This document shows, in pieces, positions 26,840 through 35,251 of a stretch of 64,000 nucleotides of DNA. The DNA comes from an uncultured Fibrobacterota bacterium. Its GTDB lineage: Bacteria; Fibrobacterota; Chitinivibrionia; Chitinivibrionales; FEN-1185. Position numbers and translations under genes: made by a program. The stretch is from NCBI GenBank assembly GCA_963729895.1, contig CAVSQB010000009.1:32001-96000 (forward strand), given 5' to 3'. Each line of letters begins with the position of its first letter. Positions within the stretch are counted from its first letter, which is position 1. The notes under the pieces were generated by a model. That model had not been told where the DNA came from, searched no databases, and saw only the letters and a program-made list of their open reading frames with translations.

Positions 26840-27744
26840 GAGAATTGTTCCAGTATCGCGTCCATATCTTCGGGATCAACCTTGCCGAAGCTCACGTCGT
26901 CGATGCGCATGGACGGCGACAAGGCGCACAGGCCCAGGCAGCGCACGGTACGCAAGGTAAAGCGTCCGGTCGTGTCGGTTCCGCCGTCGCTCACGCCGAG
27001 TTTCTTTTCGAGAAGAGAGAGCAACGCGCCGGAATGCTGCGAGTGGCAGCTTGTGCCGCTGCATACCTGGATAACGTGGCGCCCGGCCGGCTCGAACCTC
27101 ATCTTGTCGTAAAAACTCGCCACCTTGAGGGCGCTCGCCAGCGGAATGGCGAGCCGCGACGCAGCGTGTTCCACAATGGGGCGCGGCAGAAAGCCGTAGG
27201 TCCTGTTGGTTGCCTCGAGCACGGGCATCAGCGCGCCCGCATCACCCTGGTGCTTTGCAATGATATCCGTCAGAAATGCCTCATCTTTTTTGTCAAGTTT
27301 GGCGGCGGGCTTTGGTTCCGTCACGGTCCTTGGAATGTTTCGCACCGGGCATCGCTCTATGCAGTCGCCGCAGCCGGTGCATTTGTCCTGGTCAACGAAG
27401 CGCGGCCTGGTTCTCACGGTTGCCTTGAAATTCCCAGCCTCGCCCTCGAGTTTCACCACCTCGGACATGGTAATCACGTCGATGTTCAGGTCGCGCATGC
27501 AGGCGACAACCTTCGGTGAAATGATGCATGTGGCGCAGTCGCCCGTGGGAAATGTCTTGTCGAGCCGCGCCATGTTTCCTCCGATGGTGGCGCTCTCCTC
27601 AACAAGATACACGTAGAACCCTGCTGCGGAAAGATCCAACGATGCCTGAATGCCCGCGATCCCGCCGCCGCATACAAGCACGGCGCCTACAGGCTCTTTC
27701 TTGGCTTTAGCCGGGACCGGTTCCTTAAGAGTTTCCGCGATCAT
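26836..27744 (-). CDS. Fusion: HdrA N-terminal FAD-binding fragment + NuoE/HydC-like 2Fe-2S domain
   Basis: GGGIAG, LDKTFPTGDC, RPRFVD..KCTGCGDCIERCPV, then ALMPVL...VASFY...VCSGTSCH...RCLGLCALSP. Confidence 0.9.
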   Translation of the reverse strand: MIAETLKEPVPAKAKKEPVGAVLVCGGGIAGIQASLDLSAAGFYVYLVEESATIGGNMARLDKTFPTGDCATCIISPKVVACMRDLNIDVITMSEVVKLEGEAGNFKATVRTRPRFVDQDKCTGCGDCIERCPVRNIPRTVTEPKPAAKLDKKDEAFLTDIIAKHQGDAGALMPVLEATNRTYGFLPRPIVEHAASRLAIPLASALKVASFYDKMRFEPAGRHVIQVCSGTSCHSQHSGALLSLLEKKLGVSDGGTDTTGRFTLRTVRCLGLCALSPSMRIDDVSFGKVDPEDMDAILEQFS

Positions 27745-27786
27745 GACGTTTTGTCCCTTTTTGTTCCGTCAAAAGAAATGCAAGAC

Positions 27787-27905
27787 TCACCGCAAAGACA
27801 CAAAGGTCGCAAAGGAATGCAGAATTGTTACGTCAAGAAAGTTGACAATATGCTGCATTTGCTCTATTTCCAGTTTTCTTTGCGTCCTTCGCGCCTTTGC
27901 GGTAA
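27787..27905. repeat. Palindromic intergenic repeat, same family as 21635
   Basis: TCACCGCAAAGACACAAAGGTCGCAAAG ... CTTTGCGTCCTTCGCGCCTTTGCGGTAA. Confidence 0.8.
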
Positions 27906-27980
27906 ATCTCCTCTTCCGAACGATCAATTTCCAGGATCTTTCCCTTCACCGGTAAAAGCCTAACGTACTCTCCGGTACTT

Positions 27981-28008
27981 CTCTGTGTTCTCCGTGTCTC
28001 CGTGGTGA
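27981..28008 (-). repeat. Single repeat arm, subtype of 16785-16812
   Basis: CTCTGTGTTCTCCGTGTCTCCGTGGTGA, 2 differences from the 16785 arm. Confidence 0.75.
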
Positions 28009-28020
28009 ATCCTATTCCCC

Positions 28021-30648
28021 TCATTCTTCCGTCTCTTCCCCGGCCGTCTTGCTCTTCGGCATCACCTTGCGATAGACCGCACCCGGCTTTTTCACAACAC
28101 CGCCGACCGTGAGAAGATCCCGCTCTATTTGAATATCAAACAGCCGCTCGTTTTCCTGCAGATACGGCAGTAGAAGCTTCCAGTCCTCATTCGTGAAGCG
28201 CCCGAACATGCCGCCGTTGAGCTGTTCGTTCACGAGGGTACGCTGAGGGTCGCGCAGGTAAATCGCCCCGCCCGAGGCCAGCGACAGCAGGTTGCTGCCC
28301 GGGTACGGGAGGTCGAGTCCAACAATGTCTCCGTTGTCTTCAACGCGAAGCCCATTGACAATTGCAAATCCGCCGCCCGCCAGCGGGTCGCCGGCCATGA
28401 ACGATTCCGCGAGAAAGTCCAGCGCGGTGCCATTGATCACCACCTTCGGCTTTCCCACGGCGTTGATCATAGGCCTGCCGGCCGCGTTACCCATCACGTA
28501 GATCTCTCCGCCCTTTGCGCCGTACAGGAATGTCTGGCCGACGTCTCCGTACACCACCACTTTCCCGCGCTTGGAAATCTGGCACAACTGGTCCTGCGCG
28601 TTTCCATGAACATAGGCCTCGAGCCCGTCGATGCCGGAGCCCAGATAGTCGCCCGGATTGTCGTAACAGTCGACTCGAAGTCCGTCTGTTGCGGGGCCAA
28701 AGCCCGCGGCGTGAAATCGCGTGCCGCGGGAATTGTAATGCACGATATGCCGCCATCCGAGCTTGTATGCATCAACGGCAAGGTGCGCATCGCAATCGTC
28801 GCCCTCGGCCTGGAAACCCGTTGCATCAATAAGAAGCGTTGTCTCACCTTCGTGCGGGCCGCGGAGGGATTGCCGTGTGTCAAACGTAATGCGGCGGCAC
28901 GCGCTTGCGGCTTCCCGGCCGATGCCGGGCTGCACCGAAAAGATTGTTTCCAATCCGCTTCGAAGCGCCGCAACCACCGAACTGCGTTTTTTGTCGCCCG
29001 TGGGATACCGGCGGTCGATTGCCAAGGTGAGCGCCTGGATGCCGAACGCCGGTTCGTCTTTCGCACAGCTTGCTGCAACCTGCTCCGCGCACCAGCGCAG
29101 CCGGTTGTAATCCATGGCACGGATGTTTTCGCGCAGGTACTCGAACATCATCTGCGGATTGTTGTCCTGCAGGGCCTGCGATATCGCCGCAGCATCGGCA
29201 TCTTTACTTGAAGGAACCGTCACCGGAATCGAAAAATCGCAATGCGCCTGTCCGGGCCGCGTTCCCACCTGCTGGCCGAATTTGTTGGTAACGTTCAGGG
29301 TGTAGTCCGGCGAGGTTCCGTTGTGCCCGTTGCCCGACGGGACAACGTTCAGCAGGAAAGCGCCTCCGTCCGTCGAACTGCCGCCGCGCGCGTTCCAGTA
29401 CATGTCGGCAATGGGCGAAAACCGCGAATCCTCGCGCGCCAGACTCGCCAGCGTTGCGTCGATGGCCTGCTTCTCGGAACAGATGAGCCCGATGGAGACT
29501 TTGCCTTCCTGAAGCGCAAACACCTGAGGACGCAGCATGGCCGTGTCGGTGATGCCGAGCAATTGAAATCCCATTTTATCAAGATTGCGCGCGATGATGA
29601 AAAACCACGGGCCGTCGGGCGACGCATGGATCTGCGCGGCCTGGATTTCTTTGTATACTCGCTGTTTTTCCACGGGCAGCCGGTCGAAATCGAGCTCGGT
29701 GGTGGGCGCGAGCGATTCTATGATGTATTCCACCGGATACTTGTACACGCGGTTCATGAGGTCGAACAGCATGATGGACGCTTCGGTGTCGGTCAGGAAC
29801 TGCGGGAACAGGTTGCGCTGCGCGAGATATTCGCACACCGAAAGGTAATTTGCGAAGTCGCCGTTGTGGACGAGCGCCTCGTTCATGCCGATAAACGGGT
29901 GGCAGCCGCCCGGATGCCACACGCGGCCGCGCGTGGGGTACCGCTGGTGCGCGATCCACACGTGCGCTCGCGAGTCTTCCATGCGGTAATACTGGACCAC
30001 GGCTTCGGCGTATCCCACCACCTTGAGAATAATCAGATTGCGCGCATGCGAAAGCACGAATGCGCGCTTCTCGCCGAGTGACGCGTAGAATCGGTTGTTG
30101 AGCTTGCTGGAATTCTGGAACACGAACTCGTCTTCGATCTCACGCGGCTCAAGGCCGGTCAGTTTCTTCTCGTCTGCAAACTTTGCGAGCGCATCCTGTT
30201 TTGCGCGGACAAAGTAGCGCGCCACGTCGGGCGGCTTCACCTGCAACAGCGGTACGTCGCGATAATCGCTCACCGTGGGAATGATGCCGCCCTGGTCTAT
30301 GGTGAAAAACGGCTCGATGCATTCCTTCTCAACCTCGCCTTTAGCACCGGCATCGAGGAGCGCGACCTGCAGGCAGTAATCCTCTTCGAGCACCGACCTC
30401 GACACGCCAAAATCCTCGGGCACGAGCCCGCAGGCGGCAATACCGCCGCCTTTGCCGTTGCCGCGGTTGCGCATCTGGATGCTCGGCTCGTAAATGTGCT
30501 TCCCGCGCACCGGGATGGTACAGGCGAAACCGGTAACGCCGCATCCGCCTTCGGCTTCCTGAGGTTTGCCGATCCATTCGCCGGAAGGCCGGAGGCCGTC
30601 GCGGCTGCGGATGAGGGCTTCCGCCCGGTCAAGAGACGAAACCGTCAT
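28021..30648 (-). CDS. Glutamate synthase GATase-II domain fused to GXGXG beta-helix domain (GltB1-GltB3 type), no FMN domain
   Basis: Propeptide then EGG/CGV Ntn nucleophile, AHQRYPT, HNGD, TDTE, DGPW, LRPQ; C-terminal GDYLG, GNAQD, GAKGG, ESFMAG, ASGGAIY. Confidence 0.88.
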   Translation of the reverse strand: MTVSSLDRAEALIRSRDGLRPSGEWIGKPQEAEGGCGVTGFACTIPVRGKHIYEPSIQMRNRGNGKGGGIAACGLVPEDFGVSRSVLEEDYCLQVALLDAGAKGEVEKECIEPFFTIDQGGIIPTVSDYRDVPLLQVKPPDVARYFVRAKQDALAKFADEKKLTGLEPREIEDEFVFQNSSKLNNRFYASLGEKRAFVLSHARNLIILKVVGYAEAVVQYYRMEDSRAHVWIAHQRYPTRGRVWHPGGCHPFIGMNEALVHNGDFANYLSVCEYLAQRNLFPQFLTDTEASIMLFDLMNRVYKYPVEYIIESLAPTTELDFDRLPVEKQRVYKEIQAAQIHASPDGPWFFIIARNLDKMGFQLLGITDTAMLRPQVFALQEGKVSIGLICSEKQAIDATLASLAREDSRFSPIADMYWNARGGSSTDGGAFLLNVVPSGNGHNGTSPDYTLNVTNKFGQQVGTRPGQAHCDFSIPVTVPSSKDADAAAISQALQDNNPQMMFEYLRENIRAMDYNRLRWCAEQVAASCAKDEPAFGIQALTLAIDRRYPTGDKKRSSVVAALRSGLETIFSVQPGIGREAASACRRITFDTRQSLRGPHEGETTLLIDATGFQAEGDDCDAHLAVDAYKLGWRHIVHYNSRGTRFHAAGFGPATDGLRVDCYDNPGDYLGSGIDGLEAYVHGNAQDQLCQISKRGKVVVYGDVGQTFLYGAKGGEIYVMGNAAGRPMINAVGKPKVVINGTALDFLAESFMAGDPLAGGGFAIVNGLRVEDNGDIVGLDLPYPGSNLLSLASGGAIYLRDPQRTLVNEQLNGGMFGRFTNEDWKLLLPYLQENERLFDIQIERDLLTVGGVVKKPGAVYRKVMPKSKTAGEETEE

Positions 30649-32207
30649 TTCTTCCCTCTGTCGTTTTCATAGTCAAGATGCATCAGCAGGTCCGTTCTTC
30701 CCCGCAGGGCGGTGACCGATTCGAGGCCCAGGCGGTACAGTATGTCAACCAGGCATTCCCTGAAAGCGGTATGAAGGTTCACCAGGCGCTGCGTGCACCA
30801 CTCCACGGTGAGCAATTGCAGCAACTCCGGATCGGTGGTGCAGATTCCGCGCGCGCATCCCCGGCCGCTCTCGCAGCATCCGCAGCGGATGCACCCGAGC
30901 GAGACCAGCTCGGCCGTGCCGATCACGATCCCGTCGGCGCCCATGGCGATTGCCTTGGCAATGTCCCACGGATTGCGGATTCCGCCGGAAACGATGAGCG
31001 TGATCTCGTCGCGCACGCCTTCGGCCACCAGAAACTGGTGCACGTTGCTTATTGCGTATTCGATGGGCATGGCGATGTTCTTCTTGGCGATGTTCGGGGC
31101 GGCGCCCGTGCCGCCGTAGCTGCCGTCCATGTGCACAATGTGCGCGCCGGCGCAGTACGATCCTACCGCCACCATCTCCACGTCGTTGGGCGTGGAAACT
31201 TTTGCCGAAAGCAATGCGGTCCTGTTGACATGAGCGATCCAGTCGAGGTGCTTCTTGTGGTCCTCTATCGAATACACGCTGTGGAACGGAAACGGCGAGA
31301 ACAGTGACGTGCCCACAACAGCCTCGCGCATGGCGGCAACCGCAGGCGTATTCTTGTCGCCCAGAAGATGTCCGCCCAATCCCGGCTTGGCGCCTTGCGC
31401 GTATTTGAACTCAACGATGCGCGCGCGTTGGATGGTTTCTTCGCGCACGCCGAACAGGCCTGTGGCAACCTGGGTGATCATGTAATCTTTATAGGGAATA
31501 AAACGCTCCGGATATCCGCCCTCACCCGTGCAACTGAAGGTGTTCCACGCCTTGGCCGCTCTCACTTTACCCAGCTGCGCCCGGATATTGGTTGATCCGA
31601 ACGACATGCCTCCGCCGTACCATGGAACGTCGATCTTTATCTTCGGCCTCGAATCGTTCTTCCTCTTATTAAGGAGCAATTCGGTGGAAATGTCCTCGCG
31701 CCGGAGGCCGGACGGGATCTTGTCCGGAAAAACGAACCGCAGCCTGTCGAACCCGCCTCCCGAGTTTCCAACCTGGCTTTCGAGATGCGGAGGCGGCTGC
31801 CTGCCGGTTTCGGCCATGTGCCAGTTGCTCGCCAGAAGGTCCGGTGTCCAGCGATAATCGCCGAGTGTCTTGAAAACCTGATTCTCATCGAGCGAAAGCG
31901 CATGCTGCGGGCAGGTGGTGATGCAGAACCGGCCGGTCTTTTCGCAGTCCGGGCCTACACATTTATAATCGAACGGACGGATAACCTGACGGTAGCCAGC
32001 GGGACGGACATGAACTCCGTGTTGGCATACGTCGACGCACTTCCCGCACGAAACACAGGTTGACGCGCGATGGATGCTATACTTCCCCATCTCATTGCGG
32101 TAACGCGGCGGCGCTGTCCGCACGGTGCGCGAAACATCGGCAAAATCGGGACGCGATGTGAAATCTTCCGCTGTCTGCGGGACCGGTTTGATGGCTGTTG
32201 TGGTCAT
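30645..32207 (-). CDS. Glutamate synthase FMN domain (GltB2 type) with N-terminal ferredoxin; motifs intact
   Basis: GGGMSFGS, TGEGG, QVATGLFGV, EFKYAQGAKPGLGGHL, SGGIR, CIRCGCC....C. Confidence 0.9.
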   Translation of the reverse strand: MTTTAIKPVPQTAEDFTSRPDFADVSRTVRTAPPRYRNEMGKYSIHRASTCVSCGKCVDVCQHGVHVRPAGYRQVIRPFDYKCVGPDCEKTGRFCITTCPQHALSLDENQVFKTLGDYRWTPDLLASNWHMAETGRQPPPHLESQVGNSGGGFDRLRFVFPDKIPSGLRREDISTELLLNKRKNDSRPKIKIDVPWYGGGMSFGSTNIRAQLGKVRAAKAWNTFSCTGEGGYPERFIPYKDYMITQVATGLFGVREETIQRARIVEFKYAQGAKPGLGGHLLGDKNTPAVAAMREAVVGTSLFSPFPFHSVYSIEDHKKHLDWIAHVNRTALLSAKVSTPNDVEMVAVGSYCAGAHIVHMDGSYGGTGAAPNIAKKNIAMPIEYAISNVHQFLVAEGVRDEITLIVSGGIRNPWDIAKAIAMGADGIVIGTAELVSLGCIRCGCCESGRGCARGICTTDPELLQLLTVEWCTQRLVNLHTAFRECLVDILYRLGLESVTALRGRTDLLMHLDYENDRGKK

Positions 32208-32222
32208 GATTGGTGTTCGTCC

Positions 32223-33620
32223 CTAATTGCCGTCTTTGCGTTTCCCGAAAATACGCCCGAATGCCGCGCGTTCCAGGTCTTCAAAAAACATGCACCTGCC
32301 TACTTCGCCCCGCAGGCGCCGCGCTTCACGTATGCCCATTGCGCCGAGCATTTCCAGAAGCTGGCTGTGCCATGATCCCATCAGATTGACAAGCCTGCGG
32401 ACCGCGTATTGTTCGTCAATCCCGGCCAAGTCGACAGAACACTGCTCGCCCCTCTCGCATTCCCCGCACAACCTGCAATCCATGGCGAGAATAAGCGGAA
32501 TATCGACGGTAACCAGGTCGGCGCCGCAGATAATCGCCTTGGCCATGTGCTCCGGCAACGCAATGCCTCCCGAGGCAATGAGCGTGATTTCGTCGCGGAT
32601 GCAATCCTTGACAAGCGCTGCATGCACTTCACGGACGGCATCGCGCATATGGCGCGGCTTCTCCGCCTCGAGTTCCCTGCCATGTTTGTCGAACACCACA
32701 TTGACAACCTCAATGCCCTGGTGAGCCAGCCACAGGACGCGGGCCGCTGCCGCCTTCCCGGACGCCAGCCGTACCGCGACGATTCTCCGCGCATTCTCCT
32801 GTTTGCATGCGGCCGCCGTCTCGACAACACGGTCCGAATCCTGGATAACCACCATGGCCGAATCCGCAAACCGGCCGTCCGGTGCGGGCGCCTTGTCGTC
32901 CATCAAGGGAACAACTTGTGAGTTCGCGCCGGTCCCGATATTTGCAATCCGGTCGGGAGAAACCAAGGCAAACAGTCCCAGATCGGTTGCAGCCTTCACA
33001 AGAGCCGAAACAACCGGGGCATGCGCCCAGTGCTGCGCGATATTGTCGAACATAAGCGGCAGCGGGCTCTGAATGCGCGGCGGCGGGGCTTCGCGAAGTT
33101 TCCCGTTGTCAAAGGAAATGCGTCCCAGTTTGCGGCCGATGTCAACGCCCGTGTTGATATATTCGCGTCCGTGAATCCCGTCGCGCGTCGGCCGCACGAT
33201 TTCCGACATGTCGGTCCACATCGAATCGAATCCCTCACCTGAAAAGGGGCCGCCATAGCCGCAGCCGGACACCGGAACGCCTCCGGTTTCGGCCTGGAAC
33301 CACGTGGTAAGCACTATATCGGGGTTGTAATAACTGTCGCCAAGGCGCTCGTATTCGGGATTCACCACTCTCGTGAGAATGTTCTTGGTGCAGTTCTGCA
33401 CGCAGGTAAGGCAGCCTTTGCACTGGTATATGTAATCGAGGTATCCTATTTCGTCGCGGAGCGCGTCGGCCTCGTCGCGATACAGGCCGTACACGCAGCC
33501 TTTCTTCACGCAGTTATGGCACCCGGAGCAGTCTTCTCGCCAGTCAACAATGCCGAGCTTGCCCTCCGGACGGATGCGCGGCGGCGTCGGCTGCGTTTGA
33601 ATGTGGTACTTGGCAGGCAT
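32223..33620 (-). CDS. Degenerate paralog of the glutamate synthase FMN domain with N-terminal ferredoxin
   Basis: CSGCHNC and CKGCLTCVQNC; shares GFD, RDEITLIASGGI, AKAI..GAD, CRLCGEC with neighbour but lacks MSFG, TGEGG and QGAKPG. Confidence 0.8.
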   Translation of the reverse strand: MPAKYHIQTQPTPPRIRPEGKLGIVDWREDCSGCHNCVKKGCVYGLYRDEADALRDEIGYLDYIYQCKGCLTCVQNCTKNILTRVVNPEYERLGDSYYNPDIVLTTWFQAETGGVPVSGCGYGGPFSGEGFDSMWTDMSEIVRPTRDGIHGREYINTGVDIGRKLGRISFDNGKLREAPPPRIQSPLPLMFDNIAQHWAHAPVVSALVKAATDLGLFALVSPDRIANIGTGANSQVVPLMDDKAPAPDGRFADSAMVVIQDSDRVVETAAACKQENARRIVAVRLASGKAAAARVLWLAHQGIEVVNVVFDKHGRELEAEKPRHMRDAVREVHAALVKDCIRDEITLIASGGIALPEHMAKAIICGADLVTVDIPLILAMDCRLCGECERGEQCSVDLAGIDEQYAVRRLVNLMGSWHSQLLEMLGAMGIREARRLRGEVGRCMFFEDLERAAFGRIFGKRKDGN

Positions 33621-33626
33621 GCCGGA

Positions 33627-34544
33627 TTATCCCAATCTCGATTTCAGAGCGTTAAGCACGTCCATGGCCGCATCACTATCGTCGTCGCACACAATTTCAA
33701 AACCGCGCAATCCTTCGATGCTGCTGAGTTTTTCAATGGTTTCAAGCGCCATCTTTATCCCATCCGCGCGGGCGGCGCTTGAGTCCGGTTTTGAAGAAAG
33801 CCGGCTGAGCACATCTGCCGGCACCATCGGATTGGGCCGTTTTTCTACAAAGGCCTTTGCTTTTTCAACATCAGTGAGCACCTTGATTCCGGCAACAAAA
33901 GCCGCTTTATGGTGCAGCCCGCGATTGATAACTTCCTTCCACCACGTGGCGAAACGGTCAAGATCAAAGACCGGCTGGGTAACGATAAACTGCGCACCCA
34001 CAAAGATTTTTTGTGCAAGCCGGGGCAACTGCAATTCAAGCGGGTCGGCAAAAGGAGAAGCAACGGCCCCCAGACAATACGATACATGGCCATCGATATT
34101 TTCTTCGCCGACTATGGAAGCATTTTTTTCAAGGCCGTGCAGGCTTTGCAACAAAATTGTGGCGTCAATATCAAACACGTTCTTGGCCGCATGAAACGGA
34201 AGAAGCGTCTGATGCGTGCCGCTGGTGCAGAGGATATTGCGGATCCCGAGGGCACGCGCGCCGAGAAAATCGGAAATCAGGGCCGTCCGGTTGCGGTCGC
34301 GCGTGGTCATGTGCAGAATGGGTTCCACGTTTTCGGATGCGATAATCGCGGCCGCAGCGAGGGCCGACATTCTCACCCCGTCCCGGTTGTCGCTCACGCC
34401 AAGGGCGTGAACTCTGCCCGCAAACTGTTTCGCCATCTGCCGGACGCCGGCAGCGTCGGACGATTTCGGGGGCGAAATCTCGGCGGTAACGATTTGCTTT
34501 CCGGATTCGATCCGTTTCTGCAGGACGGTTTTTTCTTGTTGCAT
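33627..34544 (-). CDS. metF: MetF-like methylenetetrahydrofolate reductase flavoprotein
   Basis: TAEISPPK, SDN, ILHMTTRDRN, LGIRNILC, GAQFIVTQPVFD; conserved GD reads GT. Confidence 0.82.
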   Translation of the reverse strand: MQQEKTVLQKRIESGKQIVTAEISPPKSSDAAGVRQMAKQFAGRVHALGVSDNRDGVRMSALAAAAIIASENVEPILHMTTRDRNRTALISDFLGARALGIRNILCTSGTHQTLLPFHAAKNVFDIDATILLQSLHGLEKNASIVGEENIDGHVSYCLGAVASPFADPLELQLPRLAQKIFVGAQFIVTQPVFDLDRFATWWKEVINRGLHHKAAFVAGIKVLTDVEKAKAFVEKRPNPMVPADVLSRLSSKPDSSAARADGIKMALETIEKLSSIEGLRGFEIVCDDDSDAAMDVLNALKSRLG

Positions 34545-34555
34545 GGTAAACCTTC

Positions 34556-34975
34556 TTATGTATGCGCTTCCACGGCCGGGCCGCTCAGCCTCTTTGCCGC
34601 ATCGTAAATGATCTCTTTGAGCTGTCCGGGAGTGACGTTTTGAGGACAATGAACGAGCTCAGCACGGCCCGGATCGAGTCCGATCTCGGAAAGCAGCCGT
34701 TTTACCGTCTTGACCCTCATCTCGGAACGGTAATTGCCCTGCGAAAGCGTGCATTCTCCGAGAGCGCAGGTAATAATGCAGATTCCGCGAACCCCGCCCT
34801 CCAGGGCATGAAGCATGTATTGCGCGTCGATCTTGCCGCTGCATGGGATTTCTTTGATCCGGACATGCGTTCCGGCGTCCGTCCACTGGACCGGCATGAG
34901 TCCGGCGTGAGGTACGCAGTTTTTGCAGAGATAGATTGTGATGTCGGAAGAAGCTTGATGTGCCATTTCAACCAT
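34556..34975 (-). CDS. Divergent MvhD-like 2Fe-2S subunit
   Basis: YLCKNC, IPCSGKID, CALGECTLSQGN, LLSEIGLDPGR. Confidence 0.82.
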   Translation of the reverse strand: MVEMAHQASSDITIYLCKNCVPHAGLMPVQWTDAGTHVRIKEIPCSGKIDAQYMLHALEGGVRGICIITCALGECTLSQGNYRSEMRVKTVKRLLSEIGLDPGRAELVHCPQNVTPGQLKEIIYDAAKRLSGPAVEAHT

Positions 34976-35016
34976 GAGCGATTCTGTTTACCGTCTTCTG
35001 CCGGCCGGCGAGCAGG

Positions 35017-35047
35017 ATTTTTGAACGCCGGGAGCCATTTTTGAACG
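35017..35047. promoter_or_regulatory. Perfect 11-bp direct repeat ATTTTTGAACG with 20-bp period upstream of the redox cluster
   Basis: Copies at 35017-35027 and 35037-35047. Confidence 0.45.
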
Positions 35048-35251
35048 TGAAAATATAGTTCCTGGCGCAAAATGTGGCCAGAAAATGAATCGCGGAATTT
35101 ATGGGGAGAAATGAGGAGGAATCTTGGTCGCGGATTTCGGATTTTTTTATTGGCACGCTCATTCCCTAACCCAAGAGGCGGGGAATGAGCGGGCGGTGGG
35201 ATTCAAAAGGCACGCAGCTGCGCTCCGCATTTCGAAATCGGAAATGACGGG

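Noticed and set aside
26836..27744. HdrA fragment as a pseudogene or frameshift product
   Set aside because: In-frame fusion with an intact NuoE domain; the complementary remainder is present downstream with all cysteines.
2368..28008. Repeat arms interpreted as a CRISPR array or integron attC sites
   Set aside because: Dispersed inverted pairs, not regularly spaced direct repeats; no cas or integrase gene; no GTTRRRY core pattern.
28021..33620. N-methylglutamate synthase (MgsABC) interpretation
   Set aside because: No gmaS or mgd genes in the window, and the ferredoxin-bearing FMN domains and propeptide fit glutamate synthase better; not fully excluded without a phylogeny.
35151..35165. 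TGGCACGCTCATTCC as a sigma54 promoter; also TGGCCACATTTTGC on the minus strand near 35067-35080
   Set aside because: The first has CC instead of GC at -12 and faces away from the operon; the second has 9-bp rather than 10-bp spacing.
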